In this document: piece after piece, positions 11,601 through 23,600 of the stretch
Layout: each line of letters opens with the position of its first letter
Position numbering within the stretch: the stretch's first letter is position 1
Source of the DNA: Lama glama
Lineage: Eukaryota
DNA: 64,000 bases
NCBI GenBank assembly: GCA_028534125.1
Contig: CM052822.1
Span: 59,458,001 to 59,522,000, forward strand
Direction: 5' to 3'
Notes under the pieces: model-generated
What the model saw: only the letters and a program-made list of their open reading frames with translations
The model's database searches: none
What the model was told of the DNA's origin: nothing
Made by a program: the position numbers and the translations under genes

Positions 11601-14600
11601 CAGGGCCAGTGAGGGTCAGGGTGCAGGGAGAAGATTCGGCCAGTGGTTTAACTCCCTGAGGGCAGTGACAGCCAGCACCACGTACCCCTGTTGGGGCTCT
11701 AAAAGAGACACAAAGGTGCACATTGTCTTATATCTGCCTCGGTCTCACTGTCTGCAAGCTGTAAATGTTGCTCTCTGCCCTATGGCTACCCCAGGGTGTT
11801 ATGCATGGGGATGACGCGTGGTCCCTGCCTGGACTTTCAGCACTGCCTACTAGCAACACTGCCCTCAGGCTGGGCCTGGGTCCCCAGGGTTCTGGATCCC
11901 AAGGGGATCGAGGAGCTGGGACTCACAGGCCATTGATACCCCTACTCCCCACATCTCCTCAGAGGGCACAGAGGAGCCAGTGAAGGTGCGGGAGGCTGGG
12001 GATGGTGTGTTCGAGTGTGAGTACTACCCCGTGGTGCCCGGGAAGTACGTGGTGACCATCACGTGGGGTGGCTATGCGATTCCCCGCAGGTAAGCACCAT
12101 GCAACCCCTGTGCCTTCCTGTTTGGGCCCTCATAGGGTGGGAGGAGGGAGGCGGACTGCCTGGGACTCTGAGGGAAGGGAGGAGGAGTACCTCTGATGGG
12201 GGCACCGCCCAGCATTGACACCAGCTCCCTCTTTCCTCAGCCCCTTTGAGGTACAGGTGAGCCCAGAGGCAGGAGTGCAGAAGGTACGGGCCTGGGGTCC
12301 CGGTTTGGAAACTGGCCAGGTGGGAAAATCAGCTGACTTTGTGGTGGAGGCCATTGGCACCGAGGTGGGAACACTGGGTAAGTGGCTGGATGGCAGCAGG
12401 TGGGCGTGCTGAGGAGTGGTGTGATGGAGGGACACTGGGAAGTGACTGGGGAACAGGAGGCAGGAATTCTGGCGAGTCTGAGATGAGATGGGGAGATGGG
12501 ACATAGGGGTGACCAGGGTGGTGATGCTGGGGAGGGGAGTGATGGGGGACCTGCCTGAGGGTCCAAATTGCCTCTTGTGTCCTCTAACCCTCCCCACCTC
12601 ACACCTAGGCTTCTCCATTGAGGGGCCTTCGCAGGCCAAGATTGAGTGTGATGACAAGGGAGATGGCTCCTGCGATGTGCGGTACTGGCCCACAGAGCCA
12701 GGGGAGTACGCTGTGCATGTCATCTGCGACGATGAGGACATCCGTGACTCACCCTTCATTGCTCACATCCAGCCAGCGCCACCCGACTGCTTCCCAGACA
12801 AGGTGTGGTCCCCGCTTCTGCCCGTGGGCCCGGGACAAGGTGAATGGCTCTCCTCCAGTACCCAACCCAGCCCTCTTCTCTTGCTCCTGCACAGGTGAAG
12901 GCCTTTGGGCCTGGCCTGGAGCCCACTGGCTGCATCGTGGACAAGCCAGCAGAGTTCACCATTGATGCCCGTGCAGCTGGCAAGGGAGACCTGAAGCTCT
13001 ATGCCCAGGTAGTGTGTTGCCTGAACTCGCTGCCCCTCACTGCTGTAGCAGGGACCCTGGGAGGATGGGGCAGGTTAGAGAAAGGGGCATCCAGGCATCA
13101 CAGGACTGAGTCTCATGGATCCATAATAACTATGGAGAATTTAAAGTTTTGTGTTTTCTTCCTAATGATAATCTTAAAAACATTTTACCAAAAATGTATT
13201 TGTATAGTGACAATTTTTAATTAAAAGATGATTTGATTGAGTAAGAGATTGGTTTCCCAGGTGAATTTCTCAAACTGTTGTCCATTGATCCCTAGAGGTT
13301 AATGAATGTATTCTTGGGTCCAAGAGGATGATTCTTCTTTAAACGGTTCATTATTCAATTTTAGGAACGTTGATTTAGCTGAGCTTCTCCCCTGACAACA
13401 TATTTCAGAGACCTAGGTTGGGAGAGAACAGGCCACACAGATGGCCTAGAGCCCCATCTCCTGGCTTCCAGGGTGCTCCCTGGCCACCAGAGCTCGTGGC
13501 ACTAGGCTTGTGGTCTGAGGTCTGTGGCAGGGGCGAGGCCTGTGAGTGTGTCGGCCAGCAGAGGGCGCCAGTGCTCTGAGGAGGCCGGAGCGTTCTAAGA
13601 ACCTTGCTTTGGGTGATGCCCACAGGACGCAGACGGCTGCCCTATCGACATCAAAGTCATCCCCAATGGCGATGGCACCTTCCGCTGCTCCTATGTGCCC
13701 ACCAAGCCCATTAAGCACACCATCATCATCTCCTGGGGAGGTGTCAACGTACCCAAGAGCCCCTTCCGGGTACGTCCTCTGCGTCTTGTACTGTACCCAC
13801 TACCGGGGCCCCAGAGGGAGGGCGGAGCCCCACGCGGGAGATGTTGGCTGTCCGTGAGCCCTGTCATGGCACCCCCACCTCAAGGCCCCAGCGAAGAGGC
13901 TAAGATTGGTCCTACTAAGGCCGGCGCTGGTAGTGCTGGGGGAGGGGATGGGACTTGATGGAGGGGCGCTGTGCTGAGCGTCATCTCCTCCCCACAGGTA
14001 AACGTGGGAGAGGGCAGTCACCCCGAGCGGGTGAAAGTCTATGGCCCAGGCGTGGAGAAGACAGGCCTCAAGGCTAATGAGCCCACCTACTTCACTGTGG
14101 ACTGCAGCGAGGCAGGGCAAGGTGGGCCTGGAGGTGGGGAGGGGAGTGGGGCGGGGCCAGGGCGGGGTCTGGCTGGGAGGAGCCAGTACCTCTGCCTATT
14201 TCAAGGCAGAGGTGCAGAGTGCAGGAGGGTGTTGAGGCCCACACTCATGGCCTCTTGCCTGCCTCCCTTCAGGCGATGTGAGCATTGGCATCAAGTGCGC
14301 CCCCGGTGTGGTGGGTCCTGCAGAGGCTGACATCGACTTTGACATCATCAAGAATGACAATGACACCTTCACAGTCAAGTACACACCCCCAGGGGCCGGC
14401 CGCTACACCATCATGGTGCTGTTTGCCAACCAGGTACCCTACACCTGGCTTTTGGTTGTCATTGGTGGCAGCACCCCCTAGACTCAGCCAGCAACTTGAG
14501 AGGCTGTCCTTTGGGAACAGTTCCACAGCCATTGAGCACTTCCTGTGGGCAGTCAGTATACCTCAGAGACTGCTCATGTCCACCCTGACCAAGCCTTTTC

Positions 14601-17600
14601 TCCCTCCAGGAGATCCCCGCCAGCCCCTTCCATATCAAGGTGGACCCATCCCATGACGCCAGCAAAGTCAAGGCTGAGGGCCCTGGGCTGAACCGGACAG
14701 GTTGGTGTCTGGGAAGGGGCTGGGCCGAGCTGGGATTAGGAGTAATTGGCCGCCAGTCCCTCACCACCATCTTGGTGTGGGCTCCCCAGGTGTGGAAGTT
14801 GGGAAACCCACTCACTTCACGGTGCTGACCAAGGGAGCTGGCAAGGCCAAGCTGGACGTGCACTTTGCTGGGGCCGCCAAGGGCGAGGCTGTGCGGGACT
14901 TTGAAATCATCGACAACCATGACTACTCCTACACTGTCAAGTACACGGCCGTCCAGCAGGTGTGCCCACCCCCTCCCTTGCCCTACTCATCCTGGCTGGG
15001 GTCCTAGGTCTCCTTCCTCCAGGCTCATAGGGCCAGTTCTGGATTCTGGCCTCTTTCCTGCCTCCCATCCTCTCTTGCTGTGGATCTCTGTGCCTCAGGC
15101 CCACATCGGCCAAGGGCATGTTGCCAGGCTGTTTCTAAGCCACCCAATTCTGACCTGTTGTATCCAATAGGGCAACATGGCAGTGACAGTGACCTATGGT
15201 GGAGATCCTGTCCCCAAGAGCCCCTTTGTGGTGAATGTGGCACCCCCGCTGGACCTTAGCAAAGTCAAAGTTCAAGGCCTCAACAGCAGTAAGTGAGGGC
15301 AAGAGCTGACCTGAGAGTGAGGGGTGTTGGCTGGGGTGGGCTGGAGTCTCTGCTCACTGTGTCCCTTGCTCTCTACACAGAGGTCGCTGTGGGGCAAGAA
15401 CAGGCATTCTCTGTGAACACACGAGGGGCTGGTGGTCAGGGCCAGCTGGACGTGCGGATGACCTCACCCTCCCGACGACCCATCCCCTGCAAACTGGAAC
15501 CTGGGGGTGGAGCCGACACCCAGGCTGTGCGTTACATGCCCCCTGAGGAGGGGCCCTACAAGGTGGACATCACCTATGATGGTCACCCGGTGCCTGGCAG
15601 CCCCTTCACTGTGGAGGGTGTCTTACCTCCTGACCCCTCCAAGGTGAGGAGACGGGGGCTGGTGGGAGCTGGGAATTGGGGGCTTGTAGGAAAGATGAAT
15701 AAGTCATAGGGGCAGAGACCAGAGGGCCTTATGTCCTGGAGGGAGCACAGCCAAGGACCCGGGGCCGAGGCAGTCCCCCACTTCAGGACCTGCCTTTGAG
15801 ACAGCTGAGTTATTAAGAGCCTGACTTCAATCTCAGGTCCACCAACTGGGACAAATTATTCAATTTCTTTGCCTCCATTTCCTCACGTGGAATTGTTATA
15901 AGGATTCAGTCTGTAGTAGCTGCTACAGTTGAAAGTGCTTAGCTTTCACAGGGAGCCATGAAGGCTGGGCATGGGAGAGGCCAGGTGTAGGTAACCCACA
16001 CACCTGCTCCTTCCTCTAGGTCTGTGCTTACGGCCCTGGTCTCAAGGGCGGGCTGGTAGGCACACCAGCGCCCTTCTCCATTGACACCAAGGGGGCGGGC
16101 ACAGGTGGTCTGGGGCTGACCGTGGAGGGCCCCTGCGAGGCCAAGATTGAGTGCCAGGACAACGGTGATGGCTCGTGTGCTGTCAGCTACCTGCCCACGG
16201 AGCCGGGCGAGTACACCATCAACATCCTGTTTGCCGAAGCCCACATCCCCGGCTCGCCCTTCAAGGCTACCATCCGGCCCGTGTTCGACCCAAGCAAGGT
16301 GCGGGCCAGTGGGCCAGGCCTGGAGCGTGGCAAGGCCGGCGAGGCTGCCACCTTCACTGTGGACTGCTCGGAGGCGGGTGAGGCTGAGCTGACCATCGAG
16401 ATCCTGTCGGACGCCGGGGTCAAGGCCGAGGTGCTGATCCACAACAATGCTGACGGCACCTACCACATCACCTACAGCCCCGCCTTCCCTGGCACCTACA
16501 CCATTACCATCAAGTATGGCGGGCACCCCGTACCCAAATTCCCCACCCGTGTCCACGTGCAGCCCGCTGTTGACACCAGTGGGGTCAAGGTCTCAGGGCC
16601 TGGTGTGGAGCCACATGGTGAGTGATGGAGGAGGAGCCAGGAGCCTGTCATGGCGCCAGTCAGGGAGGGCGGGAAGCAGTGCTGAAGGCGTTGGGGGGCA
16701 GTGTGAGGTGAACGGGGGGGCTTTGGGGCAGCCCTGGAGTCCTTAGAGCTCAGACACCCCAGAGGAGCCAAAGCCAAGGGAAGGACATGGAGCTTTGCCT
16801 CTGGTCTTGTGGCAGAACTGCATCTGCCCATGGGCATTTTGCTGGGGAGATCCTCAACCTTCGTCAGCTTAAGGGGTCCCTGATCTGAAAAAGCTAAGAA
16901 CCTTGCTCTCCATAGTGCAGAGGGAAAGCTGTGGGGTAGTGGGTGACAGGATTCAGGACACAGTTCAGCTCAGTTCAGTGAATGTGAGTTACCATCTGTT
17001 GGGGACCAGACCCTGGGCTGGGCATGGAGGCAGGGGGCGCAAGATGTAAGACCCATACCTGCCCTCAAGGGGCCCAGAGCCTGGTAGGGAGACTTACATG
17101 AACAGAATGTCACCATGTGGGGAAGGGAGCTGAGGCAGGGGCTGTGGGTGGCAGGGCCTGGAGCTCACAGGCCTGAGAGGATGGCTGGTCTCAGACTGGG
17201 AAATACAGGAGGAGAGGAGGAGCCACCTGGGAGCTGGGAAGGGAGGGATGAGGTGAGCAGCTGTGTGAAGGCTGCCCCAAACCCACACTGAGCTCTTGTC
17301 TCCTGGCACCCAGGTGTCCTGCGTGAGGTGACCACTGAGTTCACTGTGGATGCAAGATCCCTCACTGCCACGGGTGGGAACCATGTGACAGCTCGCGTGC
17401 TCAACCCCTCGGGTGCTAAGACAGACACCTATGTGACAGACAATGGGGATGGCACCTACCGAGTGCAGTATACAGCCTATGAAGAGGGTGAGGGACTGGG
17501 CTGAGTGGGGACAGTGGGGATCTGATCTCAGCATTTTCATGGGGGCGGGGTGGAGGGGGCCGTGCACATCCTGACTTGCACCCTGTGGTCGGGTTCTAGG

Positions 17601-20600
17601 CGTGCATTTGGTGGAGGTGTTGTATGATGATGTAGCTGTGCCCAAGAGCCCATTCCGAGTGGGCGTGACCGAGGGCTGTGACCCAACTCGCGTCCGGGCC
17701 TTTGGGCCTGGCCTAGAGGGTGGCTTGGTCAACAAGGCCAACCGCTTCACTGTGGAGACCAGGTATCTCTCCCTTTCCTAACCTTGACCCTGAAGCTGTG
17801 GCCATCCTGATCCCAACCACTTGCCCTCCCCCTTTGTCTGTCTGCGTGTGCCTCATCCTCAGCCCATCCCCCATCAAGGGTGCAAACCTCCCCTAGTGTC
17901 GCAGCCCCTGTAGCTGGTCCCTTCTAAGCCTGGCCCTCAGCTCCTATTCAGCTGCTCCTTCATCTCCACTCAGTGGTCCTAGTGAGGCTGACAGAGGGGT
18001 CCTCTTGTAGGGGAGCTGGCACTGGGGGCCTAGGACTAGCCATTGAGGGCCCCTCAGAAGCCAAGATGTCCTGCAAGGACAACAAGGACGGCAGCTGCAC
18101 CGTGGAGTACATCCCCTTCACCCCCGGAGACTACGACGTCAACATCACCTTTGGGGGCCGCCCCATCCCAGGTGTGCAGAGAGCGGGTGGGGCTGGGGAG
18201 GGCAGTAGGAGGCCAGCTCACTGATAGGGAAACTGGAAGGGAAGTTGGGTGTGGAGACTCATCCCCAGAGCAGGATGGCCACCAGTCCAGCCAGCAGAGA
18301 GAATGCTGAGCAGGCAGGCACGGTCATGGCCAAGAGGCAGGGCGGTGGGTGCAGTTCATTCCCAGAAGCTCAGCACTGCTGTCCTGGCCCCTTGCCTGGA
18401 GCGCGAGACCTTGTGAGTTTGGTCTCTCAGACACAGTCTGGGCCACCTTTCACACCCTCTCGCTCTCACTGTTTACAAAGCAAGGAACCCCCCTGCTCTC
18501 CTGCAGGGATAAGCTGCTCAGGGGTGGGGGCAGGGTAGGGGTCATGCCTTCAATTATTGCATAACTTGGGCCTGCTGAAATTGGACATTTTCCCCCCTTA
18601 TCTAATTTTACACTGTCAAAAATGTATTTTCTTTTACAAATATTCCACTTTTAACATTCTATTAATTTAGAAAGGCCTTCCAGGCTTGTGACCTAAGTAA
18701 GTGGATTTGCACAGCCTTGGTCTGCAGCCAAGTTTATTTCTCCTTGTTTACATTTTCTTAGCAAGTTCCTAAGCGTTTGCACATTTGGTCTGGCCTCCCT
18801 GGGGCATTTTAAAGGCAGGGAAGGCCTCCTCCTCCTGGTTCCTCAGTGTCAGGGAGCCCCTCCCAGGCAGGTGGGTAGGGGCTGACGTCTCTCTCCTTGC
18901 AGGGAGCCCGTTCCGGGTGCCGGTGAAGGATGTGGTGGACCCTGGGAAGGTCAAATGCTCGGGCCCGGGGCTGGGGGCTGGTGTCAGGGCCCGAGTACCC
19001 CAGACCTTCACGGTAGACTGCAGCCAAGCTGGCCGGGCCCCCCTGCAGGTGGCCGTGCTGGGCCCCACAGGTATGAGAATGTATGGGCAGGGCGGAGAGA
19101 GATGGGACAGGGTGCCAGGAGGCTTTGCTGACCCTGCTCCCTTGCCCAGGTGTGGCTGAGCCTGTGGAGGTGCGTGACAATGGAGATGGCACCCACACTG
19201 TCCACTACACCCCAGCCACTGATGGGCCCTACACAGTAGCCGTCAAGTATGCTGACCAGGAGGTGCCACGCAGGTGAGGACCAGCTTTGGGCTCCTGTGC
19301 TGTGCTGAGCTCTGGGGAGCTCCTACCAAGGCCACACCTGCAGGGCCACTGTGGGGCCCTGGGAACACTTCTCCCACTTGTCTTGGCTTCATCTGGTCTC
19401 TGCTGCCCCCTCCCACTCTTTCTCAGGGCCCCCTGCCTGTCTTTTCCAACCTGGAGGCAGCACAGCCTCAGGGACCCTCCTCTGGCTGGGCTTTCCCCCG
19501 ACCATGTAGCTGCAAACAGGTGGGAGAGGGCAGCCTCCTGCACCCTCCACTTTAAACAAACCACAGCATCTGCCTAGAGAATGGAGAAGAAATGCTCAGG
19601 CTTCGGTTGGGGGCACACCCGAATGACCCTCCCGCATGACTCAGGCTGTGACCTGGTCCCTCCTCCCTACTCAGGAGTCATCTCCCCTTCTCATGAATGT
19701 GGGAAGGACTCCAGGCCCAAAATGAGACAAGACTCTGCCTCCCCCCGACCCTCAGCCAACTAACTATCCTTTTACCCCTCAAGCCCCTTCAAGATTAAGG
19801 TGCTTCCAGCCCATGATGCCAGCAAGGTGCGGGCCAGTGGCCCCGGCCTCAATGCCGCTGGCATCCCTGCCAGCCTGCCTGTGGAGTTCACCATCGATGC
19901 CCGGGATGCTGGGGAGGGCTTGCTCACTGTCCAGATCCTGGTAAGTCCATGTGCTGCCCACCTCCCTGGTCAGGCTCTGGGCACAGACCGGCCTTGACCT
20001 CTGCTTCTCCCCCAGGACCCCGAGGGTAAGCCCAAGAAGGCCAACATCCGAGACAACGGGGATGGCACATACACCGTGTCCTATCTGCCAGACATGAGTG
20101 GCCGGTACACCATCACCATCAAGTACGGTGGTGACGAGATCCCCTACTCGCCCTTCCGCATCCATGCCCTGCCCACTGGGGACGCCAGCAAGTGCCTCGT
20201 CACAGGTGGGCACCCACTCCGCCTCCCCTGCCCCAGTCCCCTCTCCCACCTCCCCTGCCCTTACCCATCCCTTGCCCCCCACCCTCTCCTGAGTGTTTCA
20301 TGGTCTCACATTCTTCTCTGTTTCCAGTGTCCATTGGAGGTCACGGCCTGGGTGAGTGCCCCTTCTCTTCTTGCTGTGGGCTGAGGTGGTGGAGGCAGTT
20401 GGGAACTGAGTGGGGCTGGGCCTAGGGCCCCTACAGAACCCATGACCGGTTGCTTCTGTGTGGCAGGTGCCTGCCTGGGCCCCCGCATCCAGATTGGGGA
20501 GGAGACAGTGATCACAGTGGACGCCAAGGCAGCAGGCAAGGGGAAGGTGACGTGCACAGTGTCCACCCCGGATGGGGCAGAGCTCGACGTGGATGTGGTT

Positions 20601-23600
20601 GAGAACCACGATGGTACCTTCGACATCTACTACACTGCACCTGAGCCGGGCAAGTACGTCATCACCATCCGCTTCGGAGGCGAGCACATCCCCAACAGCC
20701 CCTTCCACGTGCTGGTAAGCTCCGCGGCCGCAGCAGGACTAGATGGTGGCTGGAGGAGGTGGGGGGGCCAGCCTTACTAGCAATAGCAAGGAATCCAGGA
20801 CCTGTCGCCATGTCTGATGGCTTCTGGTCCCAGAGTGCTCCAGAGTTGAGCCTTTGCTTTCCCAGTAGCCTCCCAACCTGGGAGGTGAGCACAGCCCTGC
20901 CTCTGGCCCCTCTGGCAGTCGGTCAGCCCTCTCTGGTGGAATTTGCCATATTCCTCTCTGACCCTTGAGCCCACTGTTCCTGTACAGCTCTCCAAGGTGG
21001 CCCTGCAGGACAATGAAGCCCTCCAGAGGGTAAAGCACCCAAGATACCCATCCTGCCCCATGGGCAACCCAGGATTTCGGGTCCCTGGGCCATTCTGAGT
21101 CAGCTCCTGGTCACTAGAGCTGGTGAATACTGGCCTGCCACATCCTGTGCTCTCCGTGCCTTGCCTCCCAGGCGTGTGACCCCATGCCCCACGTGGAGGA
21201 ACCCTCTGATGTGCTGCAGCTGCACCGGCCCAGCGCCTACCCCACACACTGGGTACTGCCACCTCCCACCTGGGCCAGACCTCGCCCTCCTCCTCCTCTC
21301 CCTCCACTTCTTCCTTCTCTTCTTCAGCAGCCAGGGCTGGGGCATGGTTTGGGGGCCGTCTTGGGGAGCAGGCGGGAGTCAGGCTGGGGAGACAGACCCC
21401 CGAGCTGGGCACAGCACTTCTCCTGCAGCAGATGCGCCTCTCCTGCTTTCCAGTTTCAACATTAACCATCTTGTTCTTTCCTCATTTTCTCTGCCTTCAG
21501 TCATGGCTCAGGCCAAGCTCCCAGGCCTTCTCCAGCCAGTGACTGTCCCCTCTCACCTGCCACAGGCCACCGAGGAGCCAGTGGTGCCTGTGGAGCCAAT
21601 GGAGTCCATGCTGAGACCCTTCAACCTGGTCATCCCCTTCACCGTGCAGAAAGGGGAGCTCACAGGTACTGCCCTGGGGCCCTGAGGAGTCAAAGGGAGG
21701 ACACCTGCATTCAGGCCCAGCTCCTTGTGTCTGAGATGAAAGCTGGGGCCCAGAAAGGGGGTGTGAGCTACCCAGGATCACACAGCAATGTGAGCAGAGC
21801 TGGAACTCAGACTTACGCCTTCTGTCTCCCAGCTTGGGGTTTGTCCTGATGCTCCAGGTTGTCACCTGGTGCCGGACCTCTGGGGTGGAGGCACAACCAC
21901 ACAGGAGTGGGGGCCTGGGACAGCAAGGGGGTTGAGGTAGGAGAAACTGAGGTCCCCCACATAACTGTGTCTGCCTTACAGGGGAGGTGCGGATGCCCTC
22001 CGGGAAGACGGCCCGGCCCAACATCACCGACAACAAGGATGGCACCATCACAGTGAGGTACGCACCCACCGAGAAAGGCCTGCACCACATGGGGATCAAG
22101 TATGACGGCAACCACATCCCTGGTGAGTTGGCGGCTGGGCTGGGCTGGGCTTGGTTGGGCTGAGAGGAGCCCCACTGTGACTTCATCTTTGCCTGCCTTC
22201 TGTCAAAAAATACTTATTGAGCACCTGCTGTATGCAGACACCACAGGAAGCCCTGGGGAGGCTGGTATCCTGGTGGGAGGCAGACTTCCACCAGTCAGGC
22301 CCCTACGGCAGAGATGTAGGGCTCAGCAGGGAGACTGTGGGAAGGTGCGGGGCGGGCTGAGGCGGGTTCAGGCAGTCCCTGTCCTTACTGACCCAGCCCC
22401 CTTTTTCCATCCACCCCCAGGGAGCCCCTTGCAGTTCTACGTGGATGCCATCAACAGCCGCCATGTCAGTGCCTATGGGCCAGGCCTGAGCCATGGCATG
22501 GTCAACAAGCCGGCTACCTTTACCATTGTCACCAAGGATGCTGGGGAAGGTGAGGGAGCTGTAGACAGGGGCTGTGAGGGGGAGGGGTAGCTGATCAGGA
22601 CCTCTGATCTCAGCCCCACTTCCACCTATAGGGGGTCTGTCCTTGGCCGTGGAGGGCCCGTCCAAGGCAGAGATCACCTGCAAGGACAACAAGGATGGCA
22701 CCTGCACTGTATCCTACCTGCCCACGGCGCCTGGAGACTATAGCATCATCGTGCGCTTTGATGACAAGCACATCCCGGGGAGCCCCTTCACAGCCAAGAT
22801 CACAGGTGGGTGGACATGTGGGTACCCACAGCCTATGACACCCCCCATCCCCAGCACACAAGGATGTACAAGCCTGGTGTGTTCAAGTCACCAGGCATTA
22901 GGGTAGGGCCCCCTTGAGGTGGAAGAGTTCATTTCTGGATGAATGTAAGGATGTAATTCTATTCTCTACAGCAGGTGAGAAACATTCAGCCACCCCCACC
23001 CCCACCTCCCCTGCCCCAGCTCTGAAACATATCTTGTTGAGGCTTTCAAGTTAGAGTATTGTTAATTCCCTTTGATAGCTGAGGAAACCAGTAGGCTCAG
23101 AGGGGCTAAGCAACTTGATCAGAGCCACACAGCTAGTAAAGGGTCTGTGTTGTCTAGTCCAGTCTAGTGTTTTGTCTCCATAAAATCATGTGACTTAAGA
23201 TTGAAATTTGTGTAAATTAGGGATTTAACCGATTCAGGGGGACTAGGGTGCTGGGCCCACATTTGGCAGCTAAATGTGAATGAAGATTGCCCTCTCCCCA
23301 GTTTCTCTGTGCCTGTGAGTGGCCCCCAGTCTCTGCTGAGTCCAGCAGGATCTGCCAGGAGGTCTCCTGAGCTCCATGAAGGCAGGGCCTGCCTGGAGTC
23401 ATACTGCCTGACATGCCAACTCTCCCCCAGGCGATGACTCGATGAGGACTTCACAGCTGAACGTGGGCACCTCCACGGATGTGTCACTGAAGATCACCGA
23501 GAGTGACCTGAGCCAGCTGACTGCCAGCATCCGTGCCCCATCGGGCAATGAGGAGCCCTGCCTGCTGAAGCGCCTGCCCAACCGGCACATTGGTGAGCAT

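Noticed and set aside
22133-22163. GGGCT pentamer run resembling an Ig switch repeat
   Set aside because: Only ~6 units next to a donor site; an ordinary intronic G-run or simple repeat.
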